NCBI RefSeq assembly: GCF_008000775.2
Contig: NZ_CP042905.2
Location: 630,001 to 662,000, forward strand
Origin: Promethearchaeum syntrophicum
Lineage (GTDB): Archaea > Asgardarchaeota > Lokiarchaeia > Sigyniarchaeales > Promethearchaeaceae
Direction of reading: 5' to 3'
Length of the DNA stretch: 32,000 nucleotides
The position numbers and the translations under genes are program-made. Below the pieces are notes generated by a model. It saw only the letters and a list, made by a program, of their open reading frames with translations. It did no database searches and was not told the origin of the DNA. Each line of letters begins with the position of its first letter. Position 1 is the first letter of the stretch. Positions 8,650 through 17,391 of this stretch are shown one piece after another.

Positions 8650-10029
8650 TTAGTAAAATTCGCAATCTTCTAAAATTTCTGAGATGTCTACCACGCTTAA
8701 GGCAGATTTACTTTCATTTGCGGCTTGATATAAATTGTTTTTGCAAAATACACAAGAACTAACCATCCATTCTGCGTTTGTTTCTTCAGCTTCTTTTAGC
8801 CGATCTTTACGTAATTCTTCAACACAATTCGTGGATTCTCCTAACCGATTTGTGGCAACAGTTGTTGCTAGTTCACCATAAAGAGTTTTTACTCCTCCTC
8901 CTGCTCCGCAACATCTGGACATATTTTTAATATGTTTCATTTCCACCAATTTAACACCCTCAATCATATTAATTAATTCTCGAGGGGGATCATAAATACT
9001 CATATATCGTCCGAGATGGCATGGATCATGATAAGTTACCAAGACAGGGTCTTCTTTTGTTCGTTTACCATATTTAATCTTGAGATTATGGTCGTTTACA
9101 AACTTTGGAATATACTCTGCGATATGATAGAGATTGAATCCCAACTTTTCTTTTAATAATCTGGGATATTCCAATGATAATGTTGAGAAGCATCCAGAGC
9201 ATGAAAATACTACGTCTTCAACTCCACTTTCCCGAATCATTTCTGTATTATGTTGGACTAAATCAAGAATATGGTCTTCTAATCCGGTTCGGTAAGATAC
9301 AGATCCACAACAAATCTCTTCAGGGAAAAAGACAAATTCAATCTTAAGTGCTTCGAGAATTTTACTTGTGGCAATAGCTAATTCCGTATTTCTAAATGCA
9401 GATGTGCAACCTACAAAATAACCAACTTTATATTTCTTCGTAGGAGTCCCTGATCTGATACTATTTAACAATTCTTTACCACGTTGTAAAGCACGTTCTG
9501 CTGCACCACAACCTTTGGTCCAATTAAAGCGAGTTTCTGGGGGTTCATTATATGGATTTCTTAGTTTTGCAACCCGTTCATCCAGTATTCCTAATTTCTT
9601 AGGGAGAACCCCTTGATTTATGGCATCTTTTCGGAATTTTTGAAACACTGCGACGGTATCAATACCAACAGGACAAACCTCCCTACAATTTCCACATAAC
9701 ATACAACGGAAGATGCTATCAACGATCCCTTCCTTATCAAATTTAATTTCTTTATTTGCTAAAGATTTGAGAATCCGATTTCGTCCTCCTGCGTAATCCA
9801 TTTCATTATATGTTATATCATATACTCTACAAACACTACGACAATATCCACACTGAATACATCGTTCAAAGTCATCAGTCAATGTTAAGGGGTCATGTAA
9901 ATTCTCTTGTTGAGGAGAAAATAACCCTGATCCAGGAGGACCAGTAGTATTTATATTCTTAACATACTGTTTTTCTTCTTTACTCATTTTTTCTCTCTCC
10001 TCCTTTTTTAAGCCACCCAATAAAGCCAT
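8650..10029 (-). CDS. HdrD/GlpC-like Fe-S oxidoreductase (two 4Fe-4S ferredoxin motifs plus two CCG domains)
   Basis: 459 aa; CIQCGYCRSVC, CMLCGNCREVCP, FVGCTSAFR...EICCGSVSYRTG, HDPCHLGRY...SRCCGAGGGVKT, CVFCKNNL. Confidence 0.92.
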   Translation of the reverse strand: MALLGGLKKEEREKMSKEEKQYVKNINTTGPPGSGLFSPQQENLHDPLTLTDDFERCIQCGYCRSVCRVYDITYNEMDYAGGRNRILKSLANKEIKFDKEGIVDSIFRCMLCGNCREVCPVGIDTVAVFQKFRKDAINQGVLPKKLGILDERVAKLRNPYNEPPETRFNWTKGCGAAERALQRGKELLNSIRSGTPTKKYKVGYFVGCTSAFRNTELAIATSKILEALKIEFVFFPEEICCGSVSYRTGLEDHILDLVQHNTEMIRESGVEDVVFSCSGCFSTLSLEYPRLLKEKLGFNLYHIAEYIPKFVNDHNLKIKYGKRTKEDPVLVTYHDPCHLGRYMSIYDPPRELINMIEGVKLVEMKHIKNMSRCCGAGGGVKTLYGELATTVATNRLGESTNCVEELRKDRLKEAEETNAEWMVSSCVFCKNNLYQAANESKSALSVVDISEILEDCEFY

Positions 10030-11471
10030 TTAGCGATAAAAAAAAGTAGTTGAATTCGCCAATATTTCATTTTTGCCTGCACAAATCGATAGGAGTTAAC
10101 AAGGTTTTCAGGATCTAATTTTGTTTTTAACGCTTTGGTATATTCTAAACCATCGGGGTTAAATTTAATAAAATAGAAAGTGTTTACCACTCCGATTGTA
10201 TACAATCGATCTTGTTGGCCATATGCAAACTTAGATAATTCATGGAAATTTGCTTTAATTCCAAAAAATTCTCGTGGATTTTTGATATCAGAAAGACCGA
10301 AAATTTTAATTCGATTTCCTCCATTGATTCCTGCCATTATGTAGAAGGCATTTTTATACATTAACTTCTTTGTTTTACTATGATACATCTCATAAAAAGA
10401 TTGACACCTTTCATCTGCAATCCAATACTCTTGAAATACTGGATTTCGGCATAAACGACCTAAATTCAGTTCCGTATCTGCAATATCAAGCCATTTTTCC
10501 TTCAAATACCATTCATCCACGCTAAGACCGTCAGTCTTCAATGCAGCTTCCTTAGAAGACGCAAGTGCTTTTTCAGTTAAATCGGGATCATCAAAGAAGA
10601 CTGCATAGACAAAGAAATCCCTAGTTGGTAAAGTCTTGTGGGCTAGTTTTTCAAATTTTTTATTTGAAAGTGAAAGGAAAAAGGGTTTATTAACTTTATT
10701 GTTTTTCAGAGTCAAGTAAAAATCAATTGCTTTATTAAAAGATTTAAATCCATATCCTATCATTCCAAGAGAAGTTTTTAGGGTAGTAATAGTCATTTCT
10801 ATTTCAGCAATAGCCCCATAAATTCCAAGGGATTCGACAATGTTATCAAGAGTTAAATTTCCTTTTGAATCTTTAGTTATTTCTTCAATAGAGCCATCAG
10901 GCTTAACAAGTGTAACCGAAACAAGTGCATCTCTGATCCCACCATATTTTAAAACTCCAATTCCTGATTTTCCCGCTGAAGCGACAAAACCTCCTAAACA
11001 TGATGCCTTATAACTGGTTGGGTAACATTTTGGAGCTAAACCGTAGTCAAGTAAGGATTCTATGAGTTTTATCCATGAAATTCCTGCATCACATCTTACA
11101 ATCTTCTTATCAGCATCAATTTCGTGTACCTTATTCATCCTCCGCATATCAATAATAGCACCACCTCTCGTTGGAGAACTAGAGGAAAAACAAGATGTGG
11201 CAGCAGCTCGAATTGTTACTGGAAGTGAAAACTCCCGACACTTTTTCATGACTTTCGATAGTTCCTCAGTGTTACCAGGGCGAATAACATGGCTGGCTCG
11301 AAATTCTTCTTTAAACTTATAATGATATTTTGGTAACAAAGAAAGATCAGCGGATGTTGCTTCGATCTCGTAAGGATCGGTAGAAACATGTGAAGAAGAG
11401 ATGAATTTTTCAACTTCTTTGGTAAAGCGGTCGAGTTTTTCTAATTTTTGTGTTATGTTCATATTTATCAT
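10008..11471 (-). CDS. FAD-linked oxidase (GlcD / D-lactate dehydrogenase-like), hydrophobic C-terminal tail
   Basis: 487 aa; FAD type-4 pattern HVIRPGNTEELSKVMKKCREFSLPVTIRAAATS...GGAIIDMRRMNKVHEID...GLAPKCYPTSYKASCLGGFVASAGKSGIG...YGGIRDALVSVTLVKPDG; 22-bp overlap with the HdrD-like gene. Confidence 0.87.
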   Translation of the reverse strand: MINMNITQKLEKLDRFTKEVEKFISSSHVSTDPYEIEATSADLSLLPKYHYKFKEEFRASHVIRPGNTEELSKVMKKCREFSLPVTIRAAATSCFSSSSPTRGGAIIDMRRMNKVHEIDADKKIVRCDAGISWIKLIESLLDYGLAPKCYPTSYKASCLGGFVASAGKSGIGVLKYGGIRDALVSVTLVKPDGSIEEITKDSKGNLTLDNIVESLGIYGAIAEIEMTITTLKTSLGMIGYGFKSFNKAIDFYLTLKNNKVNKPFFLSLSNKKFEKLAHKTLPTRDFFVYAVFFDDPDLTEKALASSKEAALKTDGLSVDEWYLKEKWLDIADTELNLGRLCRNPVFQEYWIADERCQSFYEMYHSKTKKLMYKNAFYIMAGINGGNRIKIFGLSDIKNPREFFGIKANFHELSKFAYGQQDRLYTIGVVNTFYFIKFNPDGLEYTKALKTKLDPENLVNSYRFVQAKMKYWRIQLLFFIAKWLYWVA

Positions 11472-11477
11472 CCCTTT

Positions 11478-12263
11478 TTATAATGTACTGATGTTTGCAA
11501 ATTCTATAAAGAATCCTAATAGATATGCCAACCACCAACAGCCAAGGGTTGTATATCCGGTTAATTTTGCTAATCTTCGCATTCCAGATGTCCCGAATAA
11601 CGCGCTAGCAAAACCAAATGTTAAACCTACTCCCCCACAAATAATGTGTAAGGCGTGGATCCACCCAGAATAACCTTTCATTATATCTTGGGTTAAAGTG
11701 AATAACAATATCACGTTCAAAAGTGTGATAATCCAAGCACCACCTGCACTATAACCGTGGTATATACTATATTTGGGTTCGTCATAGATAACAAGGAGCG
11801 TTCCAATTGTGACCAATATTAATGCTGGAAGCCCTAAAGTTGAACCGAGGTGAAGACTATCATACTCAACTGTTCCACCAATCCAAATGAAAATAGAAAT
11901 AGTGATCATGAGTATATAGAGAATGGCTAGAAATGTAACGAATATACTTCTGATTGAGGGTTTTTTTAGTTTTTCAGATAATAAAACTGCAATAATAGTT
12001 ATTCCCAGAATTCCAATAGAATTCACAAATAACCAGATTTCAAGATCATATATTGCGACAGTAGTAACTTCGATTATTCCAATCACAAGCAATGTTGTGA
12101 GCATCGTTATTAATAGAGTTACTAATGTAATCAATACACCTTTCTTCTCATGCTTTTTGAAATAGTCTAAGAATAAAATCGTCCCTAATAAAATTGACAT
12201 AATTCCAATTGTTAAGATTATTTGGGCGATTCTAATCGTTTCTGATGATGTTATATTAACCAT
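11478..12263 (-). CDS. Polytopic membrane protein (about 8 hydrophobic segments) of the putative redox operon
   Basis: 261 aa, repeated hydrophobic stretches; 17-bp gap from the upstream gene and 6-bp gap to the downstream gene. Confidence 0.75.
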   Translation of the reverse strand: MVNITSSETIRIAQIILTIGIMSILLGTILFLDYFKKHEKKGVLITLVTLLITMLTTLLVIGIIEVTTVAIYDLEIWLFVNSIGILGITIIAVLLSEKLKKPSIRSIFVTFLAILYILMITISIFIWIGGTVEYDSLHLGSTLGLPALILVTIGTLLVIYDEPKYSIYHGYSAGGAWIITLLNVILLFTLTQDIMKGYSGWIHALHIICGGVGLTFGFASALFGTSGMRRLAKLTGYTTLGCWWLAYLLGFFIEFANISTL

Positions 12264-12280
12264 AATGATTGCCTTCTTTT

Positions 12281-13780
12281 TTATTTCTCCTTCAATAATT
12301 TGAGATCATGTCTATGTGCATGTAAGATTACGTATATTGCGAAAATAAACCCAAGTATCATAATCCAAACACCTACAAAAGTTAAAATCATAGTTGGCAT
12401 CTTATCTGTCGTTGGTTTTCTCATCATGTAAGCATTAGCAAAAGTAAATGCCCACGTACCTCCAATAGATAATAACCATGCAGCAATAGAGCTAGATCGA
12501 GTTGTTTCAGGTTGGAAATGTTTAATGGCTATTAAAATTACTAGCACCGCAAGCAACACAGCAAGTACATGCCAATGTCCAACATTAAAGTCATATTCTA
12601 CATCAACATACTCATGCGTTCTAAATATATGTCGTGTGCGCAAACCAACACTGATCCCACAGATTGTAACAACTATTTGAGCATAGAGATAAATCCAATA
12701 CAGTGCAAATCTAGCTGGATCTGCAAACATGCCTTTAATTTTATTTCCAAGTGATGTTGCGGTATAGTTTTCTCCTAAATGTTCTTTTGATATTTCCATC
12801 AATCCATTTATAGAGAGAGCTATAGTACATAATATTAAAATTCCTGCACCCACCCAGATTAAGTAATGATTTAACACCCAAGCACCATAGGAGATTGTGA
12901 TGATACCAATTGGACATAAAAATAGCATAATGTGATAGATTGTTCCCTTGATTTTACTTATTTTATATCCCATCATTGTAATCATCGCACCTGTCAAAGA
13001 AAGTTGTATGTGAAGATGAGATACAATAAATTCTTCCGGATGATCATGAATTAAGACTTTAACTACTTCCTCCGCGAAAAATGCATCTTGGTTTGGTCGA
13101 TTCAATACCCATATTGAATTAGTAAAAACTTCCATAGCAGCTAAGGCACCATATACAATTGACACAAGAACACAAAATGCTAAAAGCACCATTGAATAAT
13201 TTTCCAAATCTAATCCATAGAATAGAGCTCCATCTGTGGCTTCCTTAGGATCCGGGAATTTATTCGGTACTGGCCATGCCGCGATTATAAATATAACTCC
13301 TCCTAGAAAGACTAAAAACAACCCAAAGTAAAAAAACTCATGTAAAAACCTAATTCGAGTATAGGCAAAAAGTAGTCCACAGATCCCAGAGATAAAAGAC
13401 CCAGTTACCAAGGTTACTTTCAAGCTTGGTACATACTTTTCTCGAATTTCAAAGAATTCAAAACACCAAAAGGTAGTAGCAGCCACAAAAGGTGTTGCGA
13501 TAGAATGGTATATCATAACGATTCGAGCAGATCTTCCCATTAAATCATCATTATAGATATCAAATAGTGGTTCTCCCCCCCAAATAAAGGACATAGGTTC
13601 GGAAAACGTAAGGAGGAAAAGTACTTCGCAAACTAACAAAATAATCAAGCTGATATGGATTTTATTATAGTTAAATTTCGACTTTTCCTCTTTTTCATGG
13701 GTTTCCATTGTAAGCTCTGCAGTTCCTATTGGAGGAATGTTTTTTTCTTCTATTTTCAATTTCATTTCACTTTTATCCAT
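12281..13780 (-). CDS. 12-TM membrane protein, putative highly divergent heme-copper oxidase subunit I-like protein
   Basis: 499 aa, about 12 hydrophobic segments; His in segment 2 (YHSIATP, H92), segment 6 (SHLHIQLSLTG, H255/H257), segment 7 (IYHIM, H283) and segment 10 (GHWHV, H402/H404). Confidence 0.5.
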   Translation of the reverse strand: MDKSEMKLKIEEKNIPPIGTAELTMETHEKEEKSKFNYNKIHISLIILLVCEVLFLLTFSEPMSFIWGGEPLFDIYNDDLMGRSARIVMIYHSIATPFVAATTFWCFEFFEIREKYVPSLKVTLVTGSFISGICGLLFAYTRIRFLHEFFYFGLFLVFLGGVIFIIAAWPVPNKFPDPKEATDGALFYGLDLENYSMVLLAFCVLVSIVYGALAAMEVFTNSIWVLNRPNQDAFFAEEVVKVLIHDHPEEFIVSHLHIQLSLTGAMITMMGYKISKIKGTIYHIMLFLCPIGIITISYGAWVLNHYLIWVGAGILILCTIALSINGLMEISKEHLGENYTATSLGNKIKGMFADPARFALYWIYLYAQIVVTICGISVGLRTRHIFRTHEYVDVEYDFNVGHWHVLAVLLAVLVILIAIKHFQPETTRSSSIAAWLLSIGGTWAFTFANAYMMRKPTTDKMPTMILTFVGVWIMILGFIFAIYVILHAHRHDLKLLKEK

Positions 13781-14425
13781 TTAGTGTTTCACTTCTTCTT
13801 TTTTTTTCCCAAATATCCGCCATAATGCTAGTGGTGTCATAACTACAATTGTACAAACGAGTGTTGGTACCACAGCTTCAATCATGGAATGTTCTGTATC
13901 ATACCAAGGATGACCAGAAATAAGTGAATGTGTATAAGCACCGCCCAAACTACAAAATGCGGTGACTGCGATTAATGTCCATTCAGGAGCGTCTATGCTG
14001 TAATTATAATGATTTATTAAATCATCTGCTTGATTGGTATAGTGTCTGTCCTCCACTAAAGTTTTATTAAGTGTGCCAATATCTACTACATCAAAAACAT
14101 ATGCTTCTCGGATTGCATAGTCTCCGAATATTTCATGTTCTTCTACCTCATCGCTCACCAATAGATATTTATCTTGTGTAGTAAAATTTTCTATAAGCTC
14201 TTTAGGTAATTGATAGAATTCTATTGTAACTCTCTCTATGTAATGATATTCGGAATCTGATACTCCATGAGTGATATAAACACTCAATATTTTGTCTTGA
14301 TTATAATATTTGAGGTCTATAAATCTTGGATCATGGGCACTTGCATTTATGCTACCAGTAGTAAAACCAACCATAAATATTAGAGATATTAACAAAGTCC
14401 AAGCTCTCTTTCTATTATTACTCAT
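13781..14425 (-). CDS. Secreted/membrane-anchored protein: signal-like N-terminus, extracytoplasmic domain, two C-terminal TM segments; function unknown
   Basis: 214 aa; MSNNRKRAWTLLISLIFMVGFTTGSINASAHDP signal-like sequence; TM-like segments WTLIAVTAFCSLGGAYTHSL and MIEAVVPTLVCTIVVMTPLALW; abuts the 12-TM gene with no gap. Confidence 0.65.
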   Translation of the reverse strand: MSNNRKRAWTLLISLIFMVGFTTGSINASAHDPRFIDLKYYNQDKILSVYITHGVSDSEYHYIERVTIEFYQLPKELIENFTTQDKYLLVSDEVEEHEIFGDYAIREAYVFDVVDIGTLNKTLVEDRHYTNQADDLINHYNYSIDAPEWTLIAVTAFCSLGGAYTHSLISGHPWYDTEHSMIEAVVPTLVCTIVVMTPLALWRIFGKKKEEVKH

Positions 14426-15290
14426 TTTCTTTTCCTATTTAAATTTTAAATCTGAGCAAGAGCTAAAGAATCAATCTAACTTTAGCTTTTTTACTCTCGT
14501 TCTTAATTTTGTTTTAATCATATATATAACTATATTTAAAATTATCCTTTTGACAATCTTCTCTTCAATTTTGATTTTTACTTCTCAATCTTCTTTTAAA
14601 TAGATCATACTTTATAGATAATTATTTTTAAAAATGCTCGATTCCAATTGCAGTGATAGTTATGGTTTCTTGGTATCAACAATTATAAAATATACACTGT
14701 GGTTATTATAATTACAATTATAATGTTTATTCGATCTTAAAAAGAGGAAATAATATTATTTAAGTTTCGCTCTCTATTTAAACATGATATTTTCTGGTCT
14801 TATTTTCAGATACTTGAATCAAACCAGTGAACAGAAAATTAAATTTAAGAAAAATTTTATGAGATTCAGATATTATATATTACATATTAATCTCTTTTTA
14901 ACCTACCTAGTATTTTTATATAAAGAAAATCGAGTGTGTAGATCATTTATAAAAAAAATTTAATAAACTCTCTATCTAACTCATGTATGATTTAGTTAAA
15001 TATTTATTAAACTAAGCCGCTCTTTCGAAGATAAATTTGAATATTGCTTTCGTTCTTATTAAATCTAATTGCTTTTATATAATGTTAACATGATGGATGA
15101 CCTTCTTTAAAATAAAGCAAAAAAAAGTAATGTAAAGAACTTCAAAAAAAAAATATAATAAAAAAAACATTATCTTCAAAATTGATCTATGTATTGATTT
15201 TTAGGAATGCTAAATTATAAAAAAAGTTGCTAATCCTACCGATTTTTGTCGAATTAGATTACCTTTGAAGTGCATAAAAAAAAATGGAAA

Positions 15291-16517
15291 TTACAACTTT
15301 TTAGGTATCTTTTTGATTTCCTGAGCAAATTTTTTGCCCATTTCAAAACCTTTATCTAAATCCTCATCCTTTGGCCCACCTTGAAATTCTAAAGGCTCTA
15401 AACAATCCCATTTCAATTTCTCAGTCATCTGATCGAAATGTTTCTGGGCTCCACCTGACCATCCGAAACTTCCAAAACGAAATACTTTCTTATTCCAAAC
15501 ATGCTTTTTAGCAAGCAAAGATATTAAATCTTGCATAGGGGGGTACATTTTATATTCATAAGTTGGCATTCCAAAAACCAGTCCTGCAGATTCCCATGCA
15601 GATGCTAAGATATAGGATTTATCATCCTCAGGCACCCGAAAAATTTTAACATGAACACCCTCTGATGCAATACCTTTCAATACCGAACGAAGCATTTTTT
15701 CTGTATTGGAATACATTGAGCCCCAAATGACAGTAATTTTTGGTTCAGCATAATCATTCATGTAATTTGCATAAGTTTTATATCTGTTTACTATTGTTCT
15801 AGGATTTCCTCTCCAGACTAATCCATGGGATGGTGCGATAATTTTGATATCTAAAGGTCCGAGGGCGTCAATAGCCTTTAGAACGAAGTTCGAGAAAGGT
15901 CCTACAATATTTGCATAATATCTTAAGGATTCATTTTCGTAAAAAAGATGATCTTCTTCGCTGTTTTCATCATCAAAAAGAGATCCCTTTAATGCACCAA
16001 ATGAACCGAAAGCATCGCATGGAAATAAAGTTTCTGTACTGCTCTCAAAAGTTGCCATCGTTTCTGGCCAATGAACATTTGGAATATCATAAAAAGTTAG
16101 AACCTTACCTTGACCTAAATCAAGTGTATCTCCTGAACTAACCGCTTTAACATTTTCTGTAATTCCATAAAAGGCTTCAACTAGAGGTTTTCCCTTTGTT
16201 GAAGTAATAATCTCTGCTTTTCCGGATAATTCATTAAACCCTCTTAAATCTCCTGTGTGATCCGGTTCTAAGTGATTAACAATAAAATAATCAACATCCT
16301 TGATACTTATTCCAATAGAATTCAATTCGTCAATTAAGTTAGATTGAGCTCCACCCCAATCACGAACTAAATCAATAATCGCAATTTTATCTCCTCTAAC
16401 TACGTATGAATTAATAGTTACCCCATTTGGGATTGGCCATAAACCTTCAAATAGATCATTTGTCGAAATATTTGCACCAATCCAATAAATTCCATCTGTA
16501 ATTTCAGTAGCTTTCAT
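15291..16517 (-). CDS. fprA: Flavodiiron protein (FprA-type: metallo-beta-lactamase-like + flavodoxin domains)
   Basis: 408 aa; FIVNHLEPDHTGDLRG (HxExDH), IIAPSHGLVW, and flavodoxin domain VIWGSMYSNTEKMLRSV...GLVFGMPTYEYKMYPP...RFGSFGWSGGAQK. Confidence 0.93.
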   Translation of the reverse strand: MKATEITDGIYWIGANISTNDLFEGLWPIPNGVTINSYVVRGDKIAIIDLVRDWGGAQSNLIDELNSIGISIKDVDYFIVNHLEPDHTGDLRGFNELSGKAEIITSTKGKPLVEAFYGITENVKAVSSGDTLDLGQGKVLTFYDIPNVHWPETMATFESSTETLFPCDAFGSFGALKGSLFDDENSEEDHLFYENESLRYYANIVGPFSNFVLKAIDALGPLDIKIIAPSHGLVWRGNPRTIVNRYKTYANYMNDYAEPKITVIWGSMYSNTEKMLRSVLKGIASEGVHVKIFRVPEDDKSYILASAWESAGLVFGMPTYEYKMYPPMQDLISLLAKKHVWNKKVFRFGSFGWSGGAQKHFDQMTEKLKWDCLEPLEFQGGPKDEDLDKGFEMGKKFAQEIKKIPKKL

Positions 16518-16553
16518 TTTGATTCACATAACAATTTTTAATATATAAAAAAT

Positions 16554-16892
16554 TTACAAAGGACGCCGTTCTGGTATTCCTTGAGTTTCTTTTCCACTAT
16601 CATAAAAATCTTGTGTTAAATATAAACCACAATAACAATGTCCATACTCTTCTTGATCGGGAATGCAATAATCACATGGACAAATAATATCTTTATCTTC
16701 TTCTTTAACCCCATCCCCATCTCGACAAGGACAGCTGTAATAACCATATCTATTGTAATTAGCATTTAAACCATCAATTATCGAATCCAAAAACTCAACA
16801 TCACGCGTTAATTTCCATGCGTTTTTTTTTGCAACCATTTCTACAAATTTTCGTGTATCTTCAATATTTTTTTCTTTTTTTGTTTTGGACAT
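16554..16892 (-). CDS. Ferredoxin-thioredoxin reductase catalytic-subunit-like protein
   Basis: 112 aa; GYYSCPCRDGDG...DIICPCDYCIPDQEEYGHCYCGLYLTQD, the Cys pattern of FTR beta. Confidence 0.87.
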   Translation of the reverse strand: MSKTKKEKNIEDTRKFVEMVAKKNAWKLTRDVEFLDSIIDGLNANYNRYGYYSCPCRDGDGVKEEDKDIICPCDYCIPDQEEYGHCYCGLYLTQDFYDSGKETQGIPERRPL

Positions 16893-16960
16893 ATTTAATT
16901 AAATCTCCTTTTAATTCATAAAAAAAAAGTAGTCACTTGTTGGGATATGAATTAAATTTA

Positions 16961-17260
16961 TCATAGACCACAAATTTCTTCCCAATCACTTTTTACAAAC
17001 CCAACTATTGCTTTTTCATCATTACAGACTAAAAATGGAAATGCGACTCTTCTATTAAATTTCTTTTTAAGACTTTCTTTTATTTTTGATTTCTTTTCAA
17101 TATCTATTTTATCAACATAAACATATCTAAATTTAACTTCATTTTCCCTAAGAAAATTCAATCCTCTACGACAAAATCCGCATGTGGATAAAGCAAATAC
17201 TGTTAATTCATTTGTAGCAATTTTTCCGTCTTCTTCGATAAAGTCAATATCTTCGTACAT
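16961..17260 (-). CDS. Glutaredoxin/thioredoxin-like protein
   Basis: 99 aa; LTVFALSTCGFCRRGLNFLRENEVKFRYVYVDKID...RVAFPFLVCNDEKAIVGF. Confidence 0.8.
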   Translation of the reverse strand: MYEDIDFIEEDGKIATNELTVFALSTCGFCRRGLNFLRENEVKFRYVYVDKIDIEKKSKIKESLKKKFNRRVAFPFLVCNDEKAIVGFVKSDWEEICGL

Positions 17261-17391
17261 AGTTAAATTCAGCCTCGAATAGATAAAAAAATAACGTTAT
17301 GAAATCTTATTCAAAATAGAAAAATTCATTATTAAAAATAAGTAATATTGTTTATCAAATCATATACATTAGAAAAGAGTGTTGATTAAAA

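Noticed and set aside
10000-12754. Plus-strand ORFs 11062..11322, 11401..11673, 11923..12165, 12569..12754
   Set aside because: All antisense to confidently called redox-operon genes; no domain signatures.
14310-14603. Plus-strand 97-aa hydrophobic ORF
   Set aside because: Starts antisense to the 214-aa gene; Phe/Ile/Leu-rich translation expected from AT-rich DNA. I could not support it as a gene.
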